Assembly: GCA_963815095.1 (NCBI GenBank)
Contig: CAWFFH010000003.1
Location: 864,001-928,000, forward strand
Origin: Candidatus Bathyarchaeota archaeon
Lineage (GTDB): Archaea > Thermoproteota > Bathyarchaeia > Bathyarchaeales > Bathycorpusculaceae
Reading direction: 5' to 3'
Length of the DNA: 64,000 nt
How positions within the stretch are numbered: position 1 is the first letter of the stretch; each line of letters begins with the position of its first letter. The notes below the pieces were generated by a model, which was not told the origin of the DNA, did not search any database, and was given only the letters and a program-made list of their open reading frames with translations. Below are positions 27,686 to 37,886 of this stretch, one piece after another. Position numbers and translations under genes: made by a program.

Positions 27686-28102
27686 TTACTTAGATTGTGC
27701 TTGAGCTTTATGCCACTCTACGGATTTGTCAAAATCCATAAGGTTAGCTAATTCAGCTTGTAGGTTTGAAGGTTTAACAACGATTAACCAGCCTTTCACA
27801 TATGGATCTTCGTTGAGTGTTTCTGGTTTTGATTGGACTTCATCGTTGACTTCTTGAATAGTTCCGCTAACGGCTGCAACAAGGTCGGAGACAGCTTTCA
27901 CAGATTCAAGTGTTCCATATGGCTCACCCTGTTTAACTTCAGAGCCAACACTTGGCAATTCAGCATAAACGATTTCCCGCAGCGACTTCTGAGCGTAGTC
28001 GGTTATGCCCATGCGGATTTTGTCGCCTTCGATTTTTATCCATTCAAAATCTTTAGAATAATAGAGGCCTTCAGGCACTTCGTATGCTTCAACTTTTACC
28101 AT
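27686..28102 (-). CDS. gcvH: Glycine cleavage system H protein (lipoyl carrier)
   Basis: GITDYAQ..L..IVY.ELP, ESVKAVSD lipoyl-Lys, N.DPY..GW. Confidence 0.95.
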   Translation of the reverse strand: MVKVEAYEVPEGLYYSKDFEWIKIEGDKIRMGITDYAQKSLREIVYAELPSVGSEVKQGEPYGTLESVKAVSDLVAAVSGTIQEVNDEVQSKPETLNEDPYVKGWLIVVKPSNLQAELANLMDFDKSVEWHKAQAQSK

Positions 28103-28183
28103 GCACTTGAACCTTCTTTAATTTACAATAGTATCCAGAATAGAATCATACATAAAAGGATTAATGAAAAGAAAAAAAGGTTT

Positions 28184-29269
28184 TTAGCGTTCGCGTTTGC
28201 CGGCTATCCAATCTTCCGTCCATTCTCTAGCTTGTGAATCTGGCACTTGAACTGGCGGATGCTTAAACGCATAACTCGGCATGCTTATGAGTGTACCTGA
28301 GATTTTGCGGTCCAGAGCGATTTTGGCGGCGCGAATAAGATCTATGACTACGCCAGCGCTGTTGGGTGAGTCTTCCACTTCGAGTTTTGCACTGATGGTT
28401 ATAGGTCGGTCACCGAAGGCGCGGGTCTTGATTGATAAGTAGCATATTTTCTTGTTCTTTAGGAAAGGCACGAAATCTGAGGGTCCGATTCTTGTTGGCA
28501 GAGGGTAGGGTACAAGGCTTGTGACTGCCTCGGTTTTGCTTATGCGTTTGGATGTGAGGCGGTTTTCGACGGTCATGTTTTGGAAGTCTGTGTCTCCACC
28601 TAGGTTCAACTGGTAAGTTTCATCCACGATAGCGCCGCGGTCTAGGCAAAGCCTGATTAAGGTACGGTGCAAAATCGTTGCGCCAACTTGGCTTTTGATG
28701 TCATCGCCCAAAACTGGCAATCCTGCAGCCTCGAATTTTTTGGGCCATTCTTTGGAAGCGTCAGAACCAATGAATTCAGGCATGCAATTCACAAATGCAC
28801 ATCCCGCGTCGATAGCACATTGGGCGTAGAAGCGAACTGCGTCGTGGCTGCCGACTGGAAGGTAGTTGACGAGAATTTGTGCTTTGGATTCTTTGAGAAC
28901 TTTGACGACGCTATCTTTGGGAGTTTTGCTGTCGTCATAGACATTGAATGTTTCCCGCATATGGGGTGCGGTGCCGTCCATGATTGGGGCGGGTGAAACT
29001 TTGACGCCGAGTTTGGGGACGTCGGCGAATTTTTCGCAGCAGTTCGGTTTTACCCAGATGGCTTCGGAGAGGTCTTTGCCGATTTTGTCTTTGTTAACTT
29101 CAAATGCGGCGACAAATTTTATGTCACTGATGTGGTAGCCGCCGTAATTCACATGCATGAGTCCGGGAACAGTTTCAGTTTCTTTAGCGTTCTTGTAGTA
29201 TTGGGTTCCTTGAATGAGGGCTGATGCGCTGTTGCCAACGCCTACTAATGCTACGCGAATTTCAGGCAT
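28184..29269 (-). CDS. ino1: Myo-inositol-1-phosphate synthase
   Basis: VGVGN.AS, NYLPVGS, GDDIKSQVGAT, QLN.GG..DF, SK..SKT, DSPNSAG. Confidence 0.95.
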   Translation of the reverse strand: MPEIRVALVGVGNSASALIQGTQYYKNAKETETVPGLMHVNYGGYHISDIKFVAAFEVNKDKIGKDLSEAIWVKPNCCEKFADVPKLGVKVSPAPIMDGTAPHMRETFNVYDDSKTPKDSVVKVLKESKAQILVNYLPVGSHDAVRFYAQCAIDAGCAFVNCMPEFIGSDASKEWPKKFEAAGLPVLGDDIKSQVGATILHRTLIRLCLDRGAIVDETYQLNLGGDTDFQNMTVENRLTSKRISKTEAVTSLVPYPLPTRIGPSDFVPFLKNKKICYLSIKTRAFGDRPITISAKLEVEDSPNSAGVVIDLIRAAKIALDRKISGTLISMPSYAFKHPPVQVPDSQAREWTEDWIAGKRER

Positions 29270-29570
29270 GAAACATTAACCATCCAATGAATCTGTTTTA
29301 GTTTAGGCTTAATGTGTGCCTACGCTATAACTTTTTCTAAAGAAACAATATTTTCTCTGGTGGTTGTTTATAAAAGGTTGTTTCGTTCAACAACTTCAAA
29401 AAGTTACTGGTTTATTGTGTTTTGTTGTTTGGGTTTCATTCTATTAGCCCCGAGAGTTACATGTGAACTTGAAACACTACTGAGATTATTCATTGAAACT
29501 GTTGTTTTGCTCTATAAGTGACTTCGATAAATTTGCCCAAGAGCTATAGCTGCACGTTTTTGAGTTAGAT

Positions 29571-29771
29571 CTATGCTGCTATTACTAATACCCATTTAAC
29601 TGAGCCGCATTTCCGGCAGGGTGGAAAAGTCTCAGTTTTTGACAAGGGGATGCGTGACTTTTCACCTTTACTTTTGCAGAAATGTTCGTACAATCCTGAT
29701 TCTGGGCATTTCTCGCCGGTTCGGAAGAATTTTTTGGTCGTTTTTTTGTATGCGGCTTTTTTCTCTGGCAT
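29571..29771 (-). CDS. Small zinc-ribbon / YjzC-like protein
   Basis: F.TGEKCP.SG.Y...C....I.L...ETFPPC..C....W. Confidence 0.7.
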   Translation of the reverse strand: MPEKKAAYKKTTKKFFRTGEKCPESGLYEHFCKSKGEKSRIPLSKTETFPPCRKCGSVKWVLVIAA

Positions 29772-29859
29772 AACTATCAGACAAGTATTCTTTTGGTATG
29801 GTTTGGCATTATAAGCTTTGCTTACCCTTCAACTCACAATAAAGCAATTAAATGGTTGG

Positions 29860-30474
29860 TTAGAGGACTTTTCTAAGTGTTTCCATGTTAAAAACTGTGC
29901 ATGCACAGCCATTTTTTAACAAGGGTATACCTTGCCCAGTTATGTCCATGCCTTTGATAAGTGGACCCATAATTTTCATCTCTTCCCCACATGCAACCCC
30001 AACTATACCTTCATAGTTACTGTTTTTGATAATCTTGGGTATGCAGGAACCCCCGGGTAACAAGTAAACGTCGTAACCCTTCTTTCTCGCATACTGGTCT
30101 GCTTTGTTTACCATGCAATCATCTGAGCAATGCGCACACGTATAACATGGAATTTCCGAGTTGAACTTTGCTTTACAATTGCCATCCATATATTTTCGCG
30201 AGCAATGTGGAAGGAAAAGTGCTCTCTTCTTGGTTTGTAAAAACTTACCCCTCTCAATGCTGTTAATGGCTTGTAAGTCAATCAAATCCTGAATCAAAGC
30301 AACCGCATCTGAGAGGTTTAGTCCAGTTGCCTCTTGAATCTTAAACTTAATAATTAAATCATTGAGCGTTGTGAGGAAACTTTTGTGCATGCCCTTCTGA
30401 TAACTAACCAAAGCGATTTCAGTGAAGAAGAAACGCGGGACCTTAGACAGGTCAAAAGTGAATTTATAGGGCAT
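29860..30474 (-). CDS. DUF116-family Cys-rich protein
   Basis: LFLPHC.R, C..C...C, PGGS, GVAC..E, P L...GC. Confidence 0.88.
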   Translation of the reverse strand: MPYKFTFDLSKVPRFFFTEIALVSYQKGMHKSFLTTLNDLIIKFKIQEATGLNLSDAVALIQDLIDLQAINSIERGKFLQTKKRALFLPHCSRKYMDGNCKAKFNSEIPCYTCAHCSDDCMVNKADQYARKKGYDVYLLPGGSCIPKIIKNSNYEGIVGVACGEEMKIMGPLIKGMDITGQGIPLLKNGCACTVFNMETLRKVL

Positions 30475-30534
30475 AACTTAGCATAAGTTACATGCGTACT
30501 TAAAAAAATTGCTTATCACTAGTTAAGATTTGCC

Positions 30535-30813
30535 TTAACTCTTTTTTTCCAGATTTGAATCTAAAAGCTCTCGAATGGATTTGAGGTCTTCCCGCAACCG
30601 TTCTACTTCCGCTTCAAGGTTGCTTGCTTTTGTCTCAGCATCCGTCTTCAAGTCCTCAAGGCTGTTTTGTAATTCAGGTTTTGAATCAAGCATTTCCATA
30701 TTCTGATGTAGCTTTTTGAGGTTTTGTTTGAGTCCTGATTGGATTTCTTTAAGTTTAGCAATTGATTCTTTAATATTTGGCAAGTTTGAAGTTTCTACGT
30801 CGGAATTAACCAT
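30535..30813 (-). CDS. Small coiled-coil protein
   Basis: Continuous heptad pattern; directly downstream of tfb. Confidence 0.65.
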   Translation of the reverse strand: MVNSDVETSNLPNIKESIAKLKEIQSGLKQNLKKLHQNMEMLDSKPELQNSLEDLKTDAETKASNLEAEVERLREDLKSIRELLDSNLEKKS

Positions 30814-30840
30814 AAATAGAGCCTTAAAAGGGAGGGGAAG

Positions 30841-31821
30841 TTAGATGCTTATTTGGAACATTAAGCGTTCCACGAGCTCTTTGTACCTGTTCCGGATAGT
30901 AACTTCAGTTACTTGTGCAATCTCGGCGATTTCTCTCTGCGTCTTGCGCTCACCTGTTAATACGGATGCAACATAACTTGCTGCGGCTGCAATTCCTGTT
31001 GGTCCTCTGCCTGAGGTAAGTTTAAGTTCTTTTGCTGCACCCAGAATTTTGTGGGCAATTTCCTCCACTTTACCTTGCATGGTGAGTTGGTTGGAGAACT
31101 TTGTTATGTATTGGCTTGGTCTTAGCGGTGGGATGGAGTAGTTTAGTTCTCTGATTAGAAAACGATAGCTTCGTCCAACTTCTTTCTTATTAACTCCCGA
31201 TGCCTGAGCTATTTCGTCTAAAGTTCGAGGTAAACCGCATTGCCTGCATGCTAAATAGAGAGCGGCTGAGGTAACGCCTTGAATGGATCTGCCTCTGATT
31301 AGACGCTCTTTTACTGCTTTACGGTAAATTACTGAGGCTGTTTCAAGGATGTTCTTTGGAAGGTTTAGGTTGCTGGAAATCTTTGTGATTTCGGAGAGTG
31401 CAAACGCCAAGTTTCGTTCGGTTGCGTCTGAAACCCTGATGCGTCTCTGCCACTTCCTAAGTCTGTAAACTTGTGCTTTCTGACCAGGTGAGAGGCTTTT
31501 CCCATAGATGTCTCGATCGTGCCAGTCGATGGTTGTTGATAATCCCTTGTCATGGATTGTATAGGTTAGAGGCGCCCCAACACGTGTTCTCTTTGACCTT
31601 TGCTCATCATCAAAAGCTCGCCATTCTGGTCCACGGTCGGCAAGTTTTTGTTGCACGACAATTCCGCAGTCCATGCATACTATCTCGGCTGCTTCAGAAT
31701 CATGCATAAGTCGCAGACTGCCGCATTCAGGACAGACCCGCGCTTTCTGGGGTTCTGCTTGAGGTGCAGCTTGATCTGGATTGACTTTTGTTTGTTCATG
31801 TAACTTGATAGCTCTACTCAT
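30841..31821 (-). CDS. tfb: Transcription initiation factor IIB
   Basis: CPECG...C.DCG Zn ribbon, GPEWRAF B-finger, two cyclin repeats, [13 protein letters not shown]. Confidence 0.98.
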   Translation of the reverse strand: MSRAIKLHEQTKVNPDQAAPQAEPQKARVCPECGSLRLMHDSEAAEIVCMDCGIVVQQKLADRGPEWRAFDDEQRSKRTRVGAPLTYTIHDKGLSTTIDWHDRDIYGKSLSPGQKAQVYRLRKWQRRIRVSDATERNLAFALSEITKISSNLNLPKNILETASVIYRKAVKERLIRGRSIQGVTSAALYLACRQCGLPRTLDEIAQASGVNKKEVGRSYRFLIRELNYSIPPLRPSQYITKFSNQLTMQGKVEEIAHKILGAAKELKLTSGRGPTGIAAAASYVASVLTGERKTQREIAEIAQVTEVTIRNRYKELVERLMFQISI

Positions 31822-32075
31822 GATCTATTGCTCCGTTTTGTTTTCGAGAGAAGCAAGTAGACCGGTTTATTCACTAGTTTCTCAGGTTCCCTAACGCTTG
31901 ATTTAATCACTGCATAAGGTGCTGAGACAGGACCTATGATATCAAAAACTTTGCCCACAACATTTAAGTTCTCGTCGACAACTTCAAAGCCCATTTTCGG
32001 GGGATTTTCTGCTTTAACCACCATATTTCGCGATGGAGTTACATTTGAAACCTTGCCCAATCTTTGCAAACGCAA
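31818..32075 (-). CDS. gar1: H/ACA RNP subunit Gar1
   Basis: LG.V, VG.V.DI.GPV..PY; conserved position upstream of tfb. Confidence 0.9.
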   Translation of the reverse strand: MRLQRLGKVSNVTPSRNMVVKAENPPKMGFEVVDENLNVVGKVFDIIGPVSAPYAVIKSSVREPEKLVNKPVYLLLSKTKRSNRS

Positions 32076-32229
32076 TTCCCCTCTCGAAAAACATGTAGGA
32101 ACCCGTAACAGTTTATATAAAGTTTTCTAAAAGCTTTATAAGCTGAAAGTAAAAGTCCAGCTTTTTGGGGAGAAAGATTCTTAAATGAGATGTGCGGATA
32201 AGACTGTGCCTTAAAAGGGTGAGGCTAAT

Positions 32230-32610
32230 ATGTCAAAACCATTCTATGTAAAATATGAAGTCCCAAAAGAAATCGTAGATGCAGCCTATGAAGCCCTAAC
32301 GATTGCTTCAAAAACAGGATCTGTTAGGAAAGGAACAAACGAGGCAACAAAAGCTGTTGAACGCTCACAAGCAAAACTTGTCGTAATAGCTGAAGATGTT
32401 GACCCACCAGAAGTTATAGCACACCTACCACTACTCTGCGACGAAAGAAAAATTCCATACGTATTCGTACCCAGCAAAGAACAACTCGGCAAATCCATCG
32501 GCATCGACGTTCCATGCGCAGCAGCATGCATCATAAGAGAAGGAGAAGCAGCAGGCTTACTCAAAGAAATCGCAACTCGAATCGATCAGGTTAAACGAGG
32601 AACTCAGTAA
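32230..32610 (+). CDS. rpl7ae: 50S ribosomal protein L7Ae
   Basis: [32 protein letters not shown]. Confidence 0.98.
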   Translation: MSKPFYVKYEVPKEIVDAAYEALTIASKTGSVRKGTNEATKAVERSQAKLVVIAEDVDPPEVIAHLPLLCDERKIPYVFVPSKEQLGKSIGIDVPCAAACIIREGEAAGLLKEIATRIDQVKRGTQ

Positions 32611-32828
32611 TGAGTAAAGAAGCAGCTGAAGAACTAATTCCGTCAGAAGTAATACAGGTCATAGGTCGCACAGGCGTAACAGGCGAAATTACACAAGTCC
32701 GCGTCCGCATCATGGAAGGCAAAGATAAAGGCAGAATCATCACACGCAACGTTAAAGGACCCGTAAGAGCACAAGACATTCTGATGCTGCGAGAAACAGA
32801 AAGAGAAGCAAAGAAAATAACTCGATAA
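32610..32828 (+). CDS. rps28e: 30S ribosomal protein S28e
   Basis: [39 protein letters not shown]. Confidence 0.98.
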   Translation: MSKEAAEELIPSEVIQVIGRTGVTGEITQVRVRIMEGKDKGRIITRNVKGPVRAQDILMLRETEREAKKITR

Positions 32829-32848
32829 AATAACCTGGAGAATTTGTC

Positions 32849-33046
32849 ATGCCAAAACCTAGAAAATGCTCGTTCTGTGGTGCTGATTTCCCAGCTGGCA
32901 CAGGCATGATGTTCGTTAAAAACGACGGATCAATCCTTTGGTTCGATTCAAGCAAATGCAAGAAAAGTAGCATATCCTTCAAACGCGACGCACGCAAACT
33001 AAAGTGGACCAAGTACTTCGGTAAAGAAGAGAAAGGTAAAGGGTAA
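32849..33046 (+). CDS. rpl24e: 50S ribosomal protein L24e
   Basis: CSFCG...PAGTG.M.V..DG....F.SSKC, R.LKWT. Confidence 0.97.
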   Translation: MPKPRKCSFCGADFPAGTGMMFVKNDGSILWFDSSKCKKSSISFKRDARKLKWTKYFGKEEKGKG

Positions 33047-33161
33047 ACCAACAAACAATCTTCTAGTTTTCAACCCATTTTTCCTTATTTTATTGTAATT
33101 TTAGTATTCGCTTTTTGACTGAAACCTTATCTGTTGGCTTGGGCAATGAGGGTTTGCGGTA

Positions 33162-33488
33162 TTGAATTTGCCCTGGTTCCTAGCGAAGAAAGAAGTATTC
33201 GAATGGTTAATGCACGGTCAAAAAACAATCGATGTTCGAAAAGGCAATCTTAAACCTGGTGAAATAGCTGTTTTCCAATCAGGGTCTCGTATTTTGCGCT
33301 TGAAGATAGTGAAGACAGAGAGCGGTCGGCTTACAGAGGTTTTGCGTTTGGACAATTTTAAGTTAGTTATTCCTACTGCATTAGAGCTTGGGGATGCGGT
33401 TAATTATTTAGAGAGGATTTACGGGGTTTGCGATGAGGTTTTTACTGCTTATTATATTGCACCGTTGCTTGTTTCCGAAAAATGCTAA
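33162..33488 (+). CDS. ASCH/PUA-like domain protein
   Basis: F.....G.KT.D.R.G....G....F pattern. Confidence 0.7.
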   Translation: MNLPWFLAKKEVFEWLMHGQKTIDVRKGNLKPGEIAVFQSGSRILRLKIVKTESGRLTEVLRLDNFKLVIPTALELGDAVNYLERIYGVCDEVFTAYYIAPLLVSEKC

Positions 33489-33606
33489 TTGATGCTTGAA
33501 TTTGACTTATTTTGAAATAGTATTTACGTTTTTAGCAAAAAATATATGGAAAACGTAACGCTTAAATATTTCGCCAGCCAATGTTGCCATCTAAGAGGAA
33601 AATAAA

Positions 33607-34644
33607 ATGGTGACATTCAGCGGTTGTTACACTGCACTAATAACCCCCATGAACCGTAATCGCCAAGTCGATTACGAAGGATTACAGCAACTAGTAGATT
33701 TCCAAATAAAAAACGGAGTCAAAGGTGTACTCGCCGTCGGTACAACCGGCGAAAGCCCAACCTTAGACTGGAACGAACACAGCAAAGTCATCGAGAAAGT
33801 ACACGAATATTCCAGCAATCGGGGCCAAACCATAGCAGGCACGGGAAGCAACTCAACACAAGAAGCCATAGACGGCACACAGCACGCCCAAGATTTCGGC
33901 GTAAACTGCGTTCTCCTCGTCGACCCATACTATAACGGGCCAAGTTCAATGGAGATTCGCAGAGAATACATCGAGCCCATCGCAAGTCAGTTCCCAGAAG
34001 TTCAAATAATCCCCTACATCATCCCGGGTAGAACGGGTACTCAGCTTTATCCCCAAGACCTCGCAATACTTCATCAACAGTACCCAAACGTTCGCTGCGT
34101 AAAAGAAGCCACAGGTGACCTAAAGAATATGGAGTTAACACGACAGGTCTGTGGTGCAGACTTCGACATACTCTCCGGTGACGACGACAAAACATACACA
34201 ATGATGATTTCACCCGACATAGCTGCAACCGGAGTTATATCGGTAGTCTCTAATGTTGCTCCAAGCGCAGTCGTAGACATGGTGCACTACATCCTCGACG
34301 GCAATGAAGAAGCTGCCAGCGTAATCGCTCAAGCACTCCAACCGCTCTTCAACATAGTTACTGTGAAAACCCAAGAACAAACACCTTACGGGCCAGTCGC
34401 GTGCAAAGCACGTAATCCACTCGCCTACAAGACTCTGATGAACATCTTAGGTATGCCATCGGGACCTTGCCGGCAACCGTTAGGAAAAATGACTCGCAAC
34501 GGATTAGACGTAGTCTTGGTAAACGCTAGAAAAATCTATGAAAGCAACCCACAAATCCTAAAGCCAGTCGCCGACTACTTTGGCGTCGACCTAAAGGAAC
34601 GACTCTACAACGAAAAGTATCTGGAGGAACTCTTCTACGCTTAA
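33607..34644 (+). CDS. dapA: 4-hydroxy-tetrahydrodipicolinate synthase
   Basis: TALITP, GTTGES, GTGSNST, PYYN, P.RTG, KEATG, LSGDD. Confidence 0.95.
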   Translation: MVTFSGCYTALITPMNRNRQVDYEGLQQLVDFQIKNGVKGVLAVGTTGESPTLDWNEHSKVIEKVHEYSSNRGQTIAGTGSNSTQEAIDGTQHAQDFGVNCVLLVDPYYNGPSSMEIRREYIEPIASQFPEVQIIPYIIPGRTGTQLYPQDLAILHQQYPNVRCVKEATGDLKNMELTRQVCGADFDILSGDDDKTYTMMISPDIAATGVISVVSNVAPSAVVDMVHYILDGNEEAASVIAQALQPLFNIVTVKTQEQTPYGPVACKARNPLAYKTLMNILGMPSGPCRQPLGKMTRNGLDVVLVNARKIYESNPQILKPVADYFGVDLKERLYNEKYLEELFYA

Positions 34645-35431
34645 GCTCTGTGTTGCAGGCGCTGCAGGCCGAATGGGCAACGCTATCATTAGTGAAGCAA
34701 CATCAAAAGGACACCAAATCATAGGTGCCACAGAAGGACGCAACTCACCCTGCATAGGCAAAAGCCTTCGCCAACTAAACATCACTAATTCCGACACAAA
34801 AATTCTAAGCTCCGACAAACTAAGCGAAGCAGCCAGAGACGCTGACGTTTACATAAGCTTTACAATACCCGCTGCCGAACTAATCAACATCCCAATCGTC
34901 GCCAACCTCAGAAAACCCATAATCCTCGGCACCACAGGCTTCACCCCAGAACAATACAGACAAATTGTATCTGTAATGTCGGGAAAAGTCCCAGCTGTGT
35001 TCTCGCCAAACTACAGTGTAGGCGTCAACATACTCTTCAAGATAGCCGAATCCCTCAAAGCCTTTCCACAAGGCTTCGATTTCAGCCTAAGCGAAATTCA
35101 CCACACCGGCAAGAAGGATGCACCAAGCGGAACAGCAAAGAAACTTGAACAAATAGTTTCCCAAGCTCGTGGTTACTCAAAGACTGTTTACGGCAGGGAA
35201 GGTATTAGCCAACGTCAACCGGCAGAACTTGAATCGGTAGCACTTAGGGCAGGTGGAGTCCCAGGAATCCATGAAGTCATAGTTGCCGGACCCTACGAAA
35301 TGCTGCGAATTGAGCACATAGCTTTCTCTCGGAACGTGTTTGCACAGGGCGCTGTGTATGCAGCTGAATGGTTAAGCAAGCAAAATGAACCTAAAGTGTT
35401 CAGTATGGCAGATGTTTTAGGTTTAACTTGA
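34637..35431 (+). CDS. dapB: 4-hydroxy-tetrahydrodipicolinate reductase (apparent ACG start)
   Basis: (T)LKLCVAGAAGRMG Rossmann N-terminus lies upstream of the first ATG; GTTG, SPNYS.G, E.HH..KKDAPSGTA. Confidence 0.92.
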   Translation, partial: TLKLCVAGAAGRMGNAIISEATSKGHQIIGATEGRNSPCIGKSLRQLNITNSDTKILSSDKLSEAARDADVYISFTIPAAELINIPIVANLRKPIILGTTGFTPEQYRQIVSVMSGKVPAVFSPNYSVGVNILFKIAESLKAFPQGFDFSLSEIHHTGKKDAPSGTAKKLEQIVSQARGYSKTVYGREGISQRQPAELESVALRAGGVPGIHEVIVAGPYEMLRIEHIAFSRNVFAQGAVYAAEWLSKQNEPKVFSMADVLGLT

Positions 35432-35498
35432 CCACCAAAACCATTAACTTTTTTATCGAGTATATACAAAGTGAAAAGAGCAAAGGAAGAAAAAGCCC

Positions 35499-36557
35499 AT
35501 GCCCAATAAACGTAAAGTCGCCATCATAGGCGCAACTGGAACCGTTGGACAACGGTACATTCAACTCTTGCAAGGTCACCCATGGTTCAAGATTGAGGTG
35601 CTTGCCGCTTCAGAGCGGTCAGCAGGAAAAAAATACAAAGATGCATGCAACTGGCTTATGGAATCGGAACTGCCTACAGAGATCGCTGAAATGCCTGTAG
35701 TCAACGCTGACGTGGTATCTGTAGAAAAGGCAGGCGATATAGACTTGGTTTTCTCCTCAATGCCAGGTGATTTAGCTGGACCGGTTGAATCTGAGTTTGC
35801 AGCATTTTATCCGGTGTTTAGTAAGGCAAGTGCTCACCGAATGGGAAAAGATGTGCCCCTTATTATTCCAGAAATCAATCCTGACCACGCCGAGTTAATC
35901 AAGGTTCAGCAGAACGCTCGGGGTTGGAAAGGGTTCATTTCAACCGACCCAAACTGCAGCACTATCCAAATGGCGATTACCCTAAAACCGCTAATGCAGT
36001 TCGGTTTAAAGCAAGTTATAGTTACTACAATGCAAGCGCTTAGTGGTGCAGGCTACCCAGGCGTAGCTTCAATGGACATCATTGACAATGTCGTTCCCTT
36101 CATCTCTGGCGAAGAAGACAAGATGGAGTCAGAAGCCCTGAAAATATTGGGAACTTTCAACCGAGGCATCATCCAGAATGCAGATTTCAAGCTTAGCGCT
36201 AGTTGTAACCGAGTCAACGTAAAAGATGGCCACTTAGAATCCATATTCGTAAAACTAGACCAAGACCCTTCAATTGAGCAAATTGAAGCAGCGTTTGAAG
36301 ATTTCAGAGGAGCACCACAATTGCTCAAGTTGCCCTCTGCTCCAGAGAACCCAATTATCGTTCGTCACGAAAAGAATCGTCCTCAACCACGTTTTGACCG
36401 TGACGCTGGTCTCGGTATGAGCGTAGTCGTCGGGAGAATCCGCAAGGATCCAATAATGACTTTCAAGTACATGTGCCTTGGGCATAATACGGTTCGGGGA
36501 GCCGCAGGTGGAGGCATTCTGAGCGCAGAGTTGTATGTGGCTAACGGTTTAGCTTAA
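35499..36557 (+). CDS. asd: Aspartate-semialdehyde dehydrogenase
   Basis: GATG.VGQR, PNCS catalytic Cys, QALSGAG, DGH, HNTVRGAAG. Confidence 0.97.
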   Translation: MPNKRKVAIIGATGTVGQRYIQLLQGHPWFKIEVLAASERSAGKKYKDACNWLMESELPTEIAEMPVVNADVVSVEKAGDIDLVFSSMPGDLAGPVESEFAAFYPVFSKASAHRMGKDVPLIIPEINPDHAELIKVQQNARGWKGFISTDPNCSTIQMAITLKPLMQFGLKQVIVTTMQALSGAGYPGVASMDIIDNVVPFISGEEDKMESEALKILGTFNRGIIQNADFKLSASCNRVNVKDGHLESIFVKLDQDPSIEQIEAAFEDFRGAPQLLKLPSAPENPIIVRHEKNRPQPRFDRDAGLGMSVVVGRIRKDPIMTFKYMCLGHNTVRGAAGGGILSAELYVANGLA

Positions 36558-36596
36558 ATGCTGTTCCGATAGTAACTGTAGAATCTGGTGTAGTTG

Positions 36597-37886
36597 ATGG
36601 TTAAGAGAAAGCTTCGCGAACCCTTAGAAGACCGAAAAGGCAGCCTCTTCTTTGACGGTTTCTCAGTTAAAGATTTGGCTGAAAAATATGATACGCCACT
36701 ATACGTGTTAAGCGAGAAACGAATTAGAGACAACTACAACCGTATCCACAATGCCTTAATTAGCACCTACAAACACCTGCGAGTTTACTATGCCGCCAAA
36801 GCCAACAGCAATCTAACTGTACTGAAGATTCTCCAGTCCGAAGGCGCATACTTAGACACCGTTAGCCCTGGCGAAGTTTTCATGGGCTTAAGCAGCGGAT
36901 ACACGCCAGACCGCATCCTGTTCACTGGAACAAGCGTAAGAAACGACGAATTAAAGTTCCTATCCGACGCCAATATCACGGTTAACGTGGATTCACAATC
37001 AGAGCTCGATAGGTTACTAAAGATTGAAGTTCCACAAACAGTTTCCATTCGTGTTAACCCCGAAATCGGCGCTGGACACCACAGTCATTGCATAACAGCT
37101 GGTCCCGAATCCAAGTTTGGGTTATGGGAGGAAGAAGCCATACAAGCTTACGCAATTGCCAAGCAAGCTCGTGTTGAACGCTTTGGCATCCATATGCACA
37201 TTGGTTCCGGCATCCTTGAGATTGAACCTTATGCTTTGGCGGTTGAAAAGCTTCTATCCATAGCTAAGCGTGTGCACGATGAAGTAGGCATAGCATTTGA
37301 GTTTATTGACATTGGTGGCGGATTTGGCGTTCCATACAAGTCCGAAGACAAAGACTTAGACCTTACAGAATTTGCCAACAAAATTGTGACCCCATTTAAG
37401 AACAAAGTTAAGGAATATGGTTTGGGTAAGCCGTTTTTGTGTGTTGAACCAGGACGGTACCTTGTATGCGACGCAAGCATTCTCCTAACAACTGTGAACA
37501 CAGTTAAGACAACGCCTTCCAAAAAATTCGTCGGAGTAGATGCAGGCTTTAACACACTTGTTCGTCCCACAATGTATGGTTCATACCATCCAATTCTGGT
37601 TACCAACAAAGTTGCGCAGGCTGGTAAGGAAACCTATGACATAGTAGGTCCGATCTGTGAGTCAGGTGATGCATTGGCCAAAGACCGCCAATTACCAAAG
37701 GTTGAGGAAGGTGATTTGCTGGCTGTTCTAAATGCTGGCGCTTATGGGTTCAGCATGAGTTCACAATACAACTCACGACCCCGAGCTGCAGAAGTGATGA
37801 TTCGACAAGGCAAGGATGTTTTAGTCCGCAAGCGTGAGGAACTAAGCGATTTGATGGCCAGTCAACGGATGCAGAGTGGGTCTTGA
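36597..37886 (+). CDS. lysA: Diaminopimelate decarboxylase
   Basis: YAAKAN PLP-Lys, SKFG, HIGS, EPGRY, GPICESGD, S.YNSRPR. Confidence 0.97.
   Translation: MVKRKLREPLEDRKGSLFFDGFSVKDLAEKYDTPLYVLSEKRIRDNYNRIHNALISTYKHLRVYYAAKANSNLTVLKILQSEGAYLDTVSPGEVFMGLSSGYTPDRILFTGTSVRNDELKFLSDANITVNVDSQSELDRLLKIEVPQTVSIRVNPEIGAGHHSHCITAGPESKFGLWEEEAIQAYAIAKQARVERFGIHMHIGSGILEIEPYALAVEKLLSIAKRVHDEVGIAFEFIDIGGGFGVPYKSEDKDLDLTEFANKIVTPFKNKVKEYGLGKPFLCVEPGRYLVCDASILLTTVNTVKTTPSKKFVGVDAGFNTLVRPTMYGSYHPILVTNKVAQAGKETYDIVGPICESGDALAKDRQLPKVEEGDLLAVLNAGAYGFSMSSQYNSRPRAAEVMIRQGKDVLVRKREELSDLMASQRMQSGS

Noticed and set aside
29312-29521. 69-aa plus-strand ORF
   Set aside because: Overlaps the ino1 promoter region and has no RBS or motif; probably spurious
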